Source: Ignavibacteriota bacterium (lineage in GTDB: Bacteria; Bacteroidota; Ignavibacteria; Kapaibacteriales; UBA2268). Taken from it: a stretch of 59,735 bases of DNA. The stretch spans positions 1 through 59,735 of the forward strand of contig JBHADY010000180.1 of the NCBI GenBank assembly GCA_041855325.1, given 5' to 3'. How positions within the stretch are numbered: position 1 is the first letter of the stretch; every line of letters starts with the position of its first letter. The notes under the pieces are model-generated. The model saw nothing but the letters and a program-made list of their open reading frames with translations, was not told where the DNA came from and searched no databases. The position numbers and the translations under genes are program-made. Of this stretch, positions 10,201 to 19,343 are shown in pieces.

Positions 10201-13200
10201 TCCATCAGCATCAGTAATTTCCAAACCGAGGTTAGTATTAGTTTCTTCGCCTGCGCCGTTACCAACTATTCTATGAATAATATTATCAGCAATTAAACCG
10301 TTCGTTGTTTGACTAGAAACAACTGAAATAGCAGATACTTTAGTATTGAGTTTGTTAGTAATATTATCGAATAAATTATTCTTAATTTCGAGCAGTTCAT
10401 TTGCGTTGTTAACTAAAATACCAGTAACAGGAGTTTCGGGGAGTCTGCTAATAATATTATTAAAATCGTTATTAATAATTTTAGCTTCTTTAGAACCATA
10501 GAGTCTGATACCAGATATAGTTAATGTTTTGTCATCTTCTTTAGAACCGAATACGTTGTTCTCTATAGTAACTTTTGATAAGTATTTAGCTGATTGATTT
10601 TCGCCACCAACGTATAGACCATTTGAATAGCCGATAAACTCATTATTTCTGATATCTACATTTTCAATGTATGCATCAAAGATAAACAGACCGGAACTGA
10701 ATTTTAATTCTTGTCCTGTGCCAGTGAATCTCGTATTTCTAATTTCAATATCTTTAAGTACATCGTTTTTGTTGTTGATTATTCCGAAGGAACTTGAAAT
10801 AGAGCTTGTAGCTTTGTTTTCTATTGTAAGACCAATTCCATCGCCAGTTTTATTTATTCTACCATCAATAACTAAATTACCCAAGCCATTGAATTGAATA
10901 AGCGGAGATATAAAATCTTTGTTAGCATAGTTACCTTTAATCAGTCTTGCTCCATCTTTTGGATAGATGGTAATTTTTGCTTTTTCTTTATCATATACCT
11001 CAAATGGATTGAATATGATTTGCTGGCCATCTGGCACGATGATATCGCCTTGTATTGCAAACTCAATATCGCCATTAGCACCGAGGATTTCTAAATCTTC
11101 AGCAGCTCTTTGTAAGTTTTCGTAGTAGTTAAGTACATTTCCAGTAGGAGCGCCACCCACATAGAAAGTTCCAGCTAATGGATTTCTAATCATATGTTTA
11201 TCATCTGCTGGGTTTCCATTTGCTATATCTACAGTAAGTGCGGTATTCTCTTTATTTTTCAATTCGAGTGATATAGACTTAAAGTCTATCACGTGTCCCA
11301 AAGTAGCATTTTCTTTAATATCGCAAGTAATAGCGAAATAGCTTTTTCCTGTTGGAAGTACTTCTAATTCTTTTCCTGCTTCAGGAGTAATTGTAATAGT
11401 ATTATTTCCAGCAGCGATTGTTTCCATAGTGCCGAGGAGCGTGCTCTTATTTGGGTCAAATACAGTGCTTTTGCCCATATACCAAAGTTTAACGTTTTTG
11501 ATATCGTTCGGAGTAACAGTGCCTTCAGTAGTAAATGTATATTTACTAACTGCTGGGCGGTTTTTGCTACCTCTCATACTAAGTTTTAATGCACCGATAA
11601 GCTTAGTTTCTTCTTTTAGTTTATAAGGAGTAACCCCTGTGCTTAATGCTTTGATTTCAGAAATAATGGCATCTTCAGCTGGAGCTAATATAACGGCATA
11701 GTCTTCTGTTTCGCCTGCACTCCAATAACTATTGCAAGGACTTTGCGCGATACTTTCGGAGAGAATAATTCTCATAAGAACTTTTCCATCGCCAAAAATT
11801 ACCAGGTCCTCAGGCATCGTGAAATCTATGCGACCACCTGAAACGTCAGGACCCATTCTTCCAATCACGACAGCTTCCTGAGATGTGAGCGTACCATCTC
11901 TATTTACATCAATAAAAACATAAACAAAGCCAGTAAAAAATGCTGCTTCTTCTGTAACGCGATCGATGATTAATGAGTATTCTTCACCTGCTTTTAAAGT
12001 AGGAGCCGGGACAGTTTCTATATTATTTGAGTATCCGGTATTATTATGTTCTTGCGCAGTGAGATTAGTTTTTTTATCTGGCACTGTTCCGTTTTCAATT
12101 AACACATTATCATCTTGTTTAATGGTAACTTTTGTTATAGAAGCACCATTTGTGCTCAATGATCTAGATGTACAATATTCAGAGAAAGGATTATCTCCGC
12201 AGTTTGCTTTAAGATTGATACTCTTAGTTAAATTACCAGCAGTAACTTTTACCTTTGCAGTATGATTGCGGTTTGCAACAGTTCCGCCTTTGATTTTAGC
12301 AAAAATTTCAATTTCATCACCAAGACCATTAGTATATGGGATACGTAAAGTTTCTGGGTGAGTAACAAAGTCTTGTCCATTAGCAGAAACGTAAGCAAAT
12401 TCTTCTGGAGCAACTACTAAGTCTCCAACTGTTGGAGTTGCGCCAAAGAAATTTGTAGTAAACATTTTAGCTTCTGATAGTCTATTAAGGTCTACAAAGT
12501 TATAGTATACCTCAGTAATTGGTTCAGTAGATATTCTAGCAACATAGTTTTCGCTTTCGAGTTTAATAACAGCTCTAAAATCTTCAGCTGCCCAATTATT
12601 AGGGAAATCATCTAAATTCGCTATAGCCACAAATGGAGTGCATACCATGATCGAACCCGTTGAAATCCAAGTATCATCATCTAGGATATCCCAAGTAGAA
12701 GGTCTAAAATCTGCTTGCACGTTCACGACATCATTTCTCCAATCAGGAACTATGCTTTGCACATTATTAGTCCAAGCAACTTCAATTAGGATATTGTGCA
12801 CACCATCCCAAGAGAATGGCTCGGTGAATTTTATTTGTTTCCACGGTTTGTCTCCAGCTTGCGGATCAAATGAGGTGCCCGGCATGCCACCATAGCATAG
12901 AGTCCAACCGCCAGCTGTGTTAGCTATTTCGCCAATAGTCCAACTTTCCAAGACTTCACCATTAAAGTGTCTTACTCTAACTCTGAAGTTTTCAAGTGGA
13001 ACATTTTGATCTGGTGCCTGATTCGTAACTTTGAAAGACAAAGCTCTAATTTGCCCAGGGAGTACCCCAGCCTCAGTTAACTCTGATGCTTTATACAGCA
13101 ACATTGTTTTCATGCCACCTCTTCTTCCGCCAAAGGGGTAAACACTATTTTGACTTCCTCTATTTACTTGCACATTGGCTGCAAAGCCGTCTGCAGAAGC

Positions 13201-13251
13201 AATCAACAGAAGAATCAATAGAGTATTAAAAATACTAAATAGTCTTTTCAT
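7249..13251 (-). CDS. Giant secreted T9SS-sorted surface protein, paralogue B
   Basis: The ORF extends to 13284. The likely start is the internal Met at 13251 (MKRLFSIFNTLLILLLIASADGFA signal peptide, parallel to MKRL... of paralogue A). Same collinear architecture as A: N-terminal module (NFRVRVRHF, WDGVHNILIEVAWTN), SAGETEDYAV at nt 11698-11715, beta-helix repeats at roughly nt 9900-11200, Ig-like modules (YQWVR, YQWQK, YRWEE, YQWYK, YEWHF, YRWFR), and a T9SS-type tail ending NGAYFIVITIEGKKITRRFIVEK. Confidence 0.85.
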   Translation of the reverse strand: MKRLFSIFNTLLILLLIASADGFAANVQVNRGSQNSVYPFGGRRGGMKTMLLYKASELTEAGVLPGQIRALSFKVTNQAPDQNVPLENFRVRVRHFNGEVLESWTIGEIANTAGGWTLCYGGMPGTSFDPQAGDKPWKQIKFTEPFSWDGVHNILIEVAWTNNVQSIVPDWRNDVVNVQADFRPSTWDILDDDTWISTGSIMVCTPFVAIANLDDFPNNWAAEDFRAVIKLESENYVARISTEPITEVYYNFVDLNRLSEAKMFTTNFFGATPTVGDLVVAPEEFAYVSANGQDFVTHPETLRIPYTNGLGDEIEIFAKIKGGTVANRNHTAKVKVTAGNLTKSINLKANCGDNPFSEYCTSRSLSTNGASITKVTIKQDDNVLIENGTVPDKKTNLTAQEHNNTGYSNNIETVPAPTLKAGEEYSLIIDRVTEEAAFFTGFVYVFIDVNRDGTLTSQEAVVIGRMGPDVSGGRIDFTMPEDLVIFGDGKVLMRIILSESIAQSPCNSYWSAGETEDYAVILAPAEDAIISEIKALSTGVTPYKLKEETKLIGALKLSMRGSKNRPAVSKYTFTTEGTVTPNDIKNVKLWYMGKSTVFDPNKSTLLGTMETIAAGNNTITITPEAGKELEVLPTGKSYFAITCDIKENATLGHVIDFKSISLELKNKENTALTVDIANGNPADDKHMIRNPLAGTFYVGGAPTGNVLNYYENLQRAAEDLEILGANGDIEFAIQGDIIVPDGQQIIFNPFEVYDKEKAKITIYPKDGARLIKGNYANKDFISPLIQFNGLGNLVIDGRINKTGDGIGLTIENKATSSISSSFGIINNKNDVLKDIEIRNTRFTGTGQELKFSSGLFIFDAYIENVDIRNNEFIGYSNGLYVGGENQSAKYLSKVTIENNVFGSKEDDKTLTISGIRLYGSKEAKIINNDFNNIISRLPETPVTGILVNNANELLEIKNNLFDNITNKLNTKVSAISVVSSQTTNGLIADNIIHRIVGNGAGEETNTNLGLEITDADGLKVFHNLVYLEGNRSEVGAAADAPAVSTYSAAIFVGDKAVNVDIRNNIFVNKLNHNENNARVKCYAIVAENNNSFFNLNNNAYFAGGTNPTLGLNTDEKATIQEWSLAMGLDKKSVYRDINLIRKDGVKFGTIDGDAAMDDRLFVPAIAEYPGTVDIHGNPRGTVKATVGIDEVIPTFEFTQQMPNEISENCAPFEQTLTVVVAVNGFSDGIEREIAGTPNFKYQWVRNGINVPNTREKVITVPAEPDAEDQTPTTKVVIDTVNSNTHLAKIETENMAEPDVFTANVTLFDVTKTSDECQVKAEGTIRITKQPVENSVLCSDSGVNRLTVGVIGTVSKYQWQKLIGNTWTDLEDDNKSYLDVTLTNEKYGVGQYRVIISDGDFDCNQGQIVSNVSTLSEVNPVSDVNLISYTYDLTEEVVVCEGKTLEIKLNRDPVTGVKGNVYGYRWEEFNGGKWVESDLEMRPYLSENGFYTEYTSPEQSGKYRLVVVGSDLCNAKEAVSNEITIKVKPFVNITEQPKSGIFCKDKSIVLSVKSEGTNPSYQWYKDGVAIDTLINSSANKARLVIDNADYEDGGQYSVIVTVDDCLQDGGDKLFSEPASVIVMNETQITKQPESMVVLRGRTATLRVESNAIGQSSEYIAGYQWYKEYTKDGKLVEEKLEDNNKYSGAKANVLLISEVEDIDVLGIKYFVKVKGACSDSLKSDYVTITISEFAFTKLLEDKDVCVGDTMKLSVKAETVLAGEKISYEWHFVSEGKDITLDGNGTDLTVIINPLSAGQYYAIAKLANKGTEIKSNVARVKVGAKPVITKELRAVNAVANGVFTLKVEVAGQDVQYRWFRNNQAIAKEISPSLTRSESKAGTYKYKVVASNGCGAVESEVTITIEQPMSNVIEEEVEIGFTVSNVVPNPVVSNEAKFSVSSELGGNAEIAIVDAAGRTQKFFSGNITGNRNFTINTSKYANGAYFIVITIEGKKITRRFIVEK

Positions 13252-13398
13252 ACTATTTTCCCAAAAATTTATTATTAAAATCATATTATTCTATTTCAGA
13301 GAAGCTAAAATTACTATTTATGTAACTTTTAGCTATACTACAAAAATACTATATTTTATTCAATTAATCAATATTCTTAAAACATTTATTCCACATTA

Positions 13399-16300
13399 TT
13401 AGTATTTTTTTATGATTTTAGCTAATTTTATTGTATTATTAATAGTAACCTTCACATAGTATATACCGCTTTCGCAGTCTATCATTGTGATATATTCTCC
13501 AATTCCGGCAGTCATTTCCCTGTATATTGTGCTGCGAACTCGCCCCAGCAAGTCTATTATTTCAATCTTTGCATAGCCGTCTATCTCGCTATTAATTTGA
13601 ACTTTATCCCCATCGCAAATGAGCATTTTACACTCCTTCACTTTGCTTGCTAAGCTGACTTTCGCGCGACGTGTGGCGTAATTTCCCTTATTACACTTAT
13701 ACTCACCATCGAAGAGCAAGGCGCGATAAATCCCCGCACCGTGTTTATCAGCACTAACAATTAGACTACTACTGCTCTCCCCGGACAAATCCACCCACTT
13801 ATTTTTTATCAACTTCTGCCACTGATAGCCGCTAATTGTGCCAACAGCTTCGAAGTCAATAATGGCTTCTGGGTTCATTTCAGATAGCTCATATAGCTCT
13901 TTTGGCTCTTTGATAATCTCTATTTTGCGTTCGGAATAGACTTCACACATGTTGGACTTTTTGCTCTGCCCGTGCGTCGCCACTTCCACGCAATACTCTA
14001 TGGGTTTATCCATATTCTCATATTTAATTTCAGCATAAAATGTATCGGAAGTGGAATCCACTATCACTCCATTTTCTCGCCAATAGTATCTATATTTATG
14101 CGGATACTTCTTGCTTTCGCCTCGCTTAATATCGTCATTAAATTTCAATAAGTTGGCGATTATCTTCAGCTTTAGTGTGTCCGGGGCGCATAGCTTAAGC
14201 TTATCGGGCAAATCGCTAATCTCATAATTGGGGATCGCTTCATCTACGCCTTTCTGGGTGATGGCACTTCTCTCCCTGCCGTGTATATCTTCGCGCACTT
14301 CAGCAATACTTGGGGCAAGCAGCTTTTCGCTTAGTGCAGACTCCAGCGATAGCACGCAGTCCGCCTTCATTTTCTCCAAGAACGAAACGCTTTCATTTGT
14401 CGAGGCAATATCCTTTCCGCTTTGCCCTTGCCACTGAGCAAGAGGCATATTCTTTCCGCTGTAGTATATAGTTCTATTCTCCTCTGCAGCATAGTAGTTA
14501 TTATTTTTGCTAAGAGATAGGGTGAAGCTACTATTCAATGCAAGTGATGCGCCAAGCCCAATGTTAATAAAGAGGTTATTAATAAGAGCTATGCCTTCTC
14601 CACCGGCAATTTTCACAGCAGATGAGCTCTCATCTCCGTTTATGTTTACTGTATTATGATACAGCTTTATATCGCTACCGCTTAGGTAAATCCCGCTGCT
14701 TGCATTATTGCAATTTATGGCATTGCTTATTAGGTGAATATCTCTATTCTGTGAGCCATTTATACTTATTCCGCCGGCGATAGTCGCCTCGCCAAAGTTA
14801 TAAATCTTATTACTTGATATGCTAATTTTATTATTCTTATCTATAAGAGAAATAGCGTAGTTAGAAACATTCCCATCGGCTGTTGAGAGGTCAAATTCAT
14901 TATTTGCTATTTTCGCATTTTCTCCACCGCTTATGCTGATGCCACCACCTTTGGTGAAGACATTATCGCTTATGATAATATCTCGCATTTCTCCTCCGGC
15001 AATGTTAATCCCACTGTCATAAGTTACGAATTTACAGTTATTTACATTAATCTTACTACTTCCATTTCCACTTATTGATATACCTTTATCGCTTTCTATG
15101 TGAGTATTGCCTATGTTTATTGTATTATTACTTTCTGATGATATGCTGATCGCAGTTCCGCCTTCTCCTAAGTTCTTAAACTTAAGGGCATTGCGTTTTG
15201 TTTCGCTATTAATTTTTCCATTAATATAAATATTACCTCTTAAGTATAGCATTGCTTTGCCATTGGCAGAGCCGGAAATCGTCCGTGTTTTGTCGCGTGG
15301 GTATATGGTAATCTTGTGATTGCTGGGGTTATTCAGCTCTATGCTTTTTCCTTCGGGTATTTTAAGATTAGTGTTTATTGCCAGAGTTACATCTCCAGCC
15401 AAGCCATATTTATCTATATCTTTTGCGAGATTCTGCAAGTTATTATAATGTTTTTCGTTTTCTGCATTTCCCCCTATTGTGTATTCACCTCTAAGCGCCG
15501 TCTTCAGGGGATAGCTCTCATCAAGCAACTGCACGGCATAGTCTTCTGTTTCGCCTGTGTTATATCTGCCGCAGGCATCGCATAGATAATCCTCATCATA
15601 TACCACTCGAAGCAAACAGGTGTTATCGCCACCTAGGCGCGCACGGCTCGGCATCGTGAAATTACCCCAATAAGTATTATACTCCAAATCGCTGCCTTCG
15701 CGGGTTTTCTCTTCAGTCCATATCAGCTCATCGACGTCGAACTCCGCATTTCTATCATAATCTAAATATACGCTTATCTTCCCAGATTTCGCGGTGCTTC
15801 CCGCGTGGGCAAGGCTGACTTTAATGCTATATCCAGTATTCTCTCGCAGATGTATCTTCTTCATATTAGTGAAGTTAGAATACTTATTATTGCAATCTGC
15901 TCTATCATAAATCGGCTCGGATTGCCCATTTGAAAATATTAGCCCATCTTCAAAAAAAAAGGAGATATTTGATATATCGCCTCCTTCTGTTTTATTCGCT
16001 GCACTCTCGCAATAATACTGAAAAATACTTCCTCCTTTCGCCGAAAAGTGAACGATTTTATCAGCTACTCCCGGCGTCTGTATTCGCATATCTGCGTGAT
16101 ACTCCTCGGCTCGGCTTCCGCTTTTCAGTTTGCAGTATACTTTCTTATCCTCTGTCTTTCCATTAGAATATAAGATGCTAAGAGTTTGGGGGTATTCCTT
16201 CCACTCCTCTAAGTCAGTAGAGACTAATAATCCCGACGATGGAATACAAATGATTTCGCCTTCCTGCGGAGTAAGATTCCTTGCCGAAAACTCTACTTTT

Positions 16301-17013
16301 CGGTAATTGCTAATACTATACTCATCTAAATAGCCCATAGCAAACTGAGTTTCCACTATTTCCATTTGAGCCTGAGCTGGGGCTATGCTCAGTTTTATTT
16401 TTGGTCTTAGCGTAGTCATAATCGGTCTGCTGAATGAAGACAAATCGGGTACACTCAATTCTCTTTTATAGAGATAGCGAACCTTGTGTTCGTCGCCTAT
16501 CCTGTGAGCATATAGATTATGCGGCTGATTGTTCTCGCCATTATTTCCATTTGTCCATGCAATTTCAATCAGCAGATTAGAGTTTCCGCTCCAATAGAAT
16601 GGATTAGTAAGATTTATATTTATCCAAGTATTCGCATTCGGCTGAAGGGTGTATATACTTTCGGGTGAATCGTCGCCCAGGGAGATATGTGTGGGATTTT
16701 CAAATTCATTATCATAGAAGTATTCTTGGCTTATTTCGGATAGCCTAACTCGGAAGCGTTTAAGCTGTGCAGAAACATCATTTCCCTGCGTGTGAAAGGC
16801 TATACTATGTACATTCCCGGCTTCTGCACCGGCTCTTTGAAGTTCTCCTTGAGTAAGAATTATCTGAATTTTATTTCCGCCAAATCTAGTATCGAATGGA
16901 CCATATTGCGAGGTTTCATCATCACCGCCAATGATAAGTTCCTTTGCAGCAGCGTAGGCGGGGGAGAGAATAATAAGAAGCAATAAAGCACAGGAAAGAA
17001 TATTTTTTCTCAT
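13399..17013 (-). CDS. Large secreted T9SS-sorted surface protein, paralogue C (shorter version)
   Basis: The ORF extends to 17079. The likely start is Met at 17013 (MRKNILSCALLLLIILSPAYA signal peptide). It shares the N-terminal module (RFRVRLSEI, WSGNSNLLIEIAWTN), NTGETEDYAV at nt 15538-15555 and beta-helix repeats. It has only about two Ig-like modules (YYWRE, YQWQK). The T9SS-like tail ends GIYYVKVTINNTIKLAKIIKKY. Confidence 0.8.
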   Translation of the reverse strand: MRKNILSCALLLLIILSPAYAAAKELIIGGDDETSQYGPFDTRFGGNKIQIILTQGELQRAGAEAGNVHSIAFHTQGNDVSAQLKRFRVRLSEISQEYFYDNEFENPTHISLGDDSPESIYTLQPNANTWININLTNPFYWSGNSNLLIEIAWTNGNNGENNQPHNLYAHRIGDEHKVRYLYKRELSVPDLSSFSRPIMTTLRPKIKLSIAPAQAQMEIVETQFAMGYLDEYSISNYRKVEFSARNLTPQEGEIICIPSSGLLVSTDLEEWKEYPQTLSILYSNGKTEDKKVYCKLKSGSRAEEYHADMRIQTPGVADKIVHFSAKGGSIFQYYCESAANKTEGGDISNISFFFEDGLIFSNGQSEPIYDRADCNNKYSNFTNMKKIHLRENTGYSIKVSLAHAGSTAKSGKISVYLDYDRNAEFDVDELIWTEEKTREGSDLEYNTYWGNFTMPSRARLGGDNTCLLRVVYDEDYLCDACGRYNTGETEDYAVQLLDESYPLKTALRGEYTIGGNAENEKHYNNLQNLAKDIDKYGLAGDVTLAINTNLKIPEGKSIELNNPSNHKITIYPRDKTRTISGSANGKAMLYLRGNIYINGKINSETKRNALKFKNLGEGGTAISISSESNNTINIGNTHIESDKGISISGNGSSKINVNNCKFVTYDSGINIAGGEMRDIIISDNVFTKGGGISISGGENAKIANNEFDLSTADGNVSNYAISLIDKNNKISISSNKIYNFGEATIAGGISINGSQNRDIHLISNAINCNNASSGIYLSGSDIKLYHNTVNINGDESSSAVKIAGGEGIALINNLFINIGLGASLALNSSFTLSLSKNNNYYAAEENRTIYYSGKNMPLAQWQGQSGKDIASTNESVSFLEKMKADCVLSLESALSEKLLAPSIAEVREDIHGRERSAITQKGVDEAIPNYEISDLPDKLKLCAPDTLKLKIIANLLKFNDDIKRGESKKYPHKYRYYWRENGVIVDSTSDTFYAEIKYENMDKPIEYCVEVATHGQSKKSNMCEVYSERKIEIIKEPKELYELSEMNPEAIIDFEAVGTISGYQWQKLIKNKWVDLSGESSSSLIVSADKHGAGIYRALLFDGEYKCNKGNYATRRAKVSLASKVKECKMLICDGDKVQINSEIDGYAKIEIIDLLGRVRSTIYREMTAGIGEYITMIDCESGIYYVKVTINNTIKLAKIIKKY

Positions 17014-17186
17014 AATATATCTATTAATCTTTAATTTCGTGTGAGTTGCGAAATTAGCTTTTATTTGTATTATAAGCAAGGAAAATTTTGCAAAATTTTA
17101 ACTATCTATAAGAAAAACGCCAGGCGATTTTCATCCACAATTCTTACTTCTTAATTCTTAATTCAAAAAGTGAAAGCCAGAGGCTA

Positions 17187-18305
17187 TCACTTTTTGGTGA
17201 CAAGATTCTTTATTGCATTCACGGCGTCTCTGGCGGCATTGCGGCGTGCCAAAGAGATGGCGCGAATGGACATATCGCGGAGACGCTCATCGTCGTTTAT
17301 TAGCTGCTTTAAAGTGCCGGCAAGAAGCTCGCCCACTTTGCAGTTCGTGATGACTACAGCAGCATTCTGACGCTGGAGTTCCTCAGCATTGGCAGCTTGC
17401 TCGTTGTTCGCCGCGCTGGAAAGTGGAACAAGTATGCTCGGCTTGCCTACGTAACAGATCTCCGCTACGCTGGTCGCACCGGAACGAGACACCACTATGT
17501 CCGCAGCAGCATAAGCAGAAGCCATATCGTCGATGAACTCGGTAACGACTACGTTCTTCGCCAGGCTATCCTTTGAAACGAAAAACTCTCTGCCGGTCTG
17601 CCAAAGAAACTGTACCTCGTGCGGGTTAAATTGCGTGATTGCAGCAGCAGCGGCATTATTGATTGGTCTTGCGCCCAAGCTACCACCGAATATTAGTATA
17701 GTCTTCTTATCTGGCAAAAGACCGAACTTCTGGCGAGCTTCTTCCTTTCTTGGCATATTCTCGAACATAGTGCGGAGCGGATTGCCGAGGCACACTACTT
17801 TGCTCTGCTCTTCTGGGGCGAAGTACTGCTTGGTCGCCTCGAAGGAAGAAATGATTAAATCCGCACGGCTTGCCAGCATTTTAATGGCTTTGCCGGGTCC
17901 GACATTTGATTCCATAAGCACGAGGGGTATATTCATTTGCTTAGCAGCTACTCCCACTGGGTAACTAATATACGCGCCTGTGCAGAGTGCAAATTTTGGT
18001 TTTTCTCTTTTTATTATTTTCTTTACTACGCTTATTGATTTCAAAATCTTAAACGGCAGGGATAGATTTGAAAGAGAGAGCATTCCCTGAAACCCCCTGA
18101 TAGGAATGGGGGTGAAGCTGTAGCCATTTTGCGGAACGAGCCGCGCTTCTAACTTTTCGGAATTTCCCACAAAAAATGCTTTTAGCTCATCTTCCGTTTT
18201 CTTTAGTTCTTCTATCACCGCAAATGCAGGGAAAAGGTGTCCGCCTGTTCCACCAGCACCGATGATAACACTATCTATTTTATTATTAGATCTATTGCCT
18301 TCCAT
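17187..18305 (-). CDS. murG: UDP-N-acetylglucosamine--N-acetylmuramyl-(pentapeptide) pyrophosphoryl-undecaprenol N-acetylglucosamine transferase (GT28)
   Basis: N-terminal GAGGTGGHLFPAFAV motif. C-terminal SRSGATSVAEI...GKPSILVP...NNEQAANAEEL block typical of MurG. Length 372 aa. Confidence 0.8.
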   Translation of the reverse strand: MEGNRSNNKIDSVIIGAGGTGGHLFPAFAVIEELKKTEDELKAFFVGNSEKLEARLVPQNGYSFTPIPIRGFQGMLSLSNLSLPFKILKSISVVKKIIKREKPKFALCTGAYISYPVGVAAKQMNIPLVLMESNVGPGKAIKMLASRADLIISSFEATKQYFAPEEQSKVVCLGNPLRTMFENMPRKEEARQKFGLLPDKKTILIFGGSLGARPINNAAAAAITQFNPHEVQFLWQTGREFFVSKDSLAKNVVVTEFIDDMASAYAAADIVVSRSGATSVAEICYVGKPSILVPLSSAANNEQAANAEELQRQNAAVVITNCKVGELLAGTLKQLINDDERLRDMSIRAISLARRNAARDAVNAIKNLVTKK

Positions 18306-18371
18306 ATTTTTCCTGAAAGTTATTTTTTAGATTATGTTAATTATAATACGGGCTTAGTACTCATATTAAGA

Positions 18372-19334
18372 TTAGTACTCATACCTTCCGTCGGCAGTCC
18401 AGTTCATTTTGGTTTTTATCTTATCGGTGAACTGCTTATAGTCTTGATCTATATAAGTAATCGTCCCTTCTGCAGTTAGAATAGTTGCTTCTACTCTGCC
18501 GAGAGCAGAAACTTCAAATGTCATTTTGCAAGTTAGATCTGCGCTAAGTGGCTCTGTTATATTTGTCTTTGTGCCATATAGGACTATCTGATTCTTAATA
18601 AATTGGCTCAGCTTGAACTCCGCCTCCATTTTGTAGAATCCACCTTTTTCGCCCAAGAACTTAACATCCACAGAGTCATAGAACTGCACGCCACCGATGA
18701 CTAACTCAATACCAGATCGCCATACGCTGTCCTTCACTACGCGTCTAACCGGATAGTTTATCTTCTTCACATCGCTTATCTGGTTTATTCCAGCTTTGCT
18801 GAGTGCATTGCGGAACATAAGGAACTTTTCCGGACGCATATCCGTGCGGAAGGAATCTATCTGCATAATTACTTGCTTCATATTTTCCCCAGGTAGTATA
18901 TCAGCTATTTCATAATACGGGGAAATCACATATTTATAGTCCAGACCGGAATTCATATTATATATGGCTACGTCTTGATTCCAGTGGTTCATAAAGTTCT
19001 CGTCGCGAGAGAAGAACTTCCACTGTCTCTTTTTTGCAGAATCTAAGTCGTGTCTAAGTGAGTCCATAACCACGGTAACAGTCTCGAATCCACTCTTTGA
19101 AGACTCATAGTTCTTCAGGTGAAAGTACATCTTGCTGTCGCGGGAGAACTCTAATTTGCTTTTATCGGCAAATTCTCTTTTTATTTCAGTCTTCTCGTTG
19201 TATATGTACTTATATACGTGCCCGTCGTTATAGTTAAAGATTATCTTATAAGTTAATCTATTATCGTCATTTGCTATTAATGCACTTGCCATAAGGCACA
19301 TTAATAATATGAAATTAGAGATTTTCTTAAGCAT
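18372..19334 (-). CDS. Hypothetical secreted protein
   Basis: 320-aa ORF with an N-terminal hydrophobic signal-like segment (MLKKISNFILLMCLMASALIA). No recognisable motif. It ends 66 nt upstream of the start of murG and starts 9 nt after the NUDIX gene. Confidence 0.55.
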   Translation of the reverse strand: MLKKISNFILLMCLMASALIANDDNRLTYKIIFNYNDGHVYKYIYNEKTEIKREFADKSKLEFSRDSKMYFHLKNYESSKSGFETVTVVMDSLRHDLDSAKKRQWKFFSRDENFMNHWNQDVAIYNMNSGLDYKYVISPYYEIADILPGENMKQVIMQIDSFRTDMRPEKFLMFRNALSKAGINQISDVKKINYPVRRVVKDSVWRSGIELVIGGVQFYDSVDVKFLGEKGGFYKMEAEFKLSQFIKNQIVLYGTKTNITEPLSADLTCKMTFEVSALGRVEATILTAEGTITYIDQDYKQFTDKIKTKMNWTADGRYEY

Positions 19335-19343
19335 ATCTATTCC

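Noticed and set aside
15952-15960. A9 homopolymer (T9 on the coding strand, encoding FFF) inside paralogue C as a possible phase-variation tract. Similar T7-T8 runs lie at about 4650-5020 in paralogue A.
   Set aside because: Runs of 7-9 A/T are expected by chance in DNA this AT-rich. The ORFs are intact. Without population data there is no evidence of slipped-strand switching.
17131-17139. DnaA-box-like 9-mers (TCATCCACA here; TGTGGAAAA at 41433-41441) as evidence for oriC within the window
   Set aside because: These are isolated single-mismatch matches with no cluster, no adjacent AT-rich unwinding element pattern and no dnaA/dnaN gene. The origin is probably nearby but is not demonstrably in this window.
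17165-17195. Hairpin aaaaagtga...tcacttttt spanning the murG stop codon as a terminator
   Set aside because: On the minus (coding) strand it is not followed by a U-run. The T-run follows only on the plus strand, where no gene is upstream.
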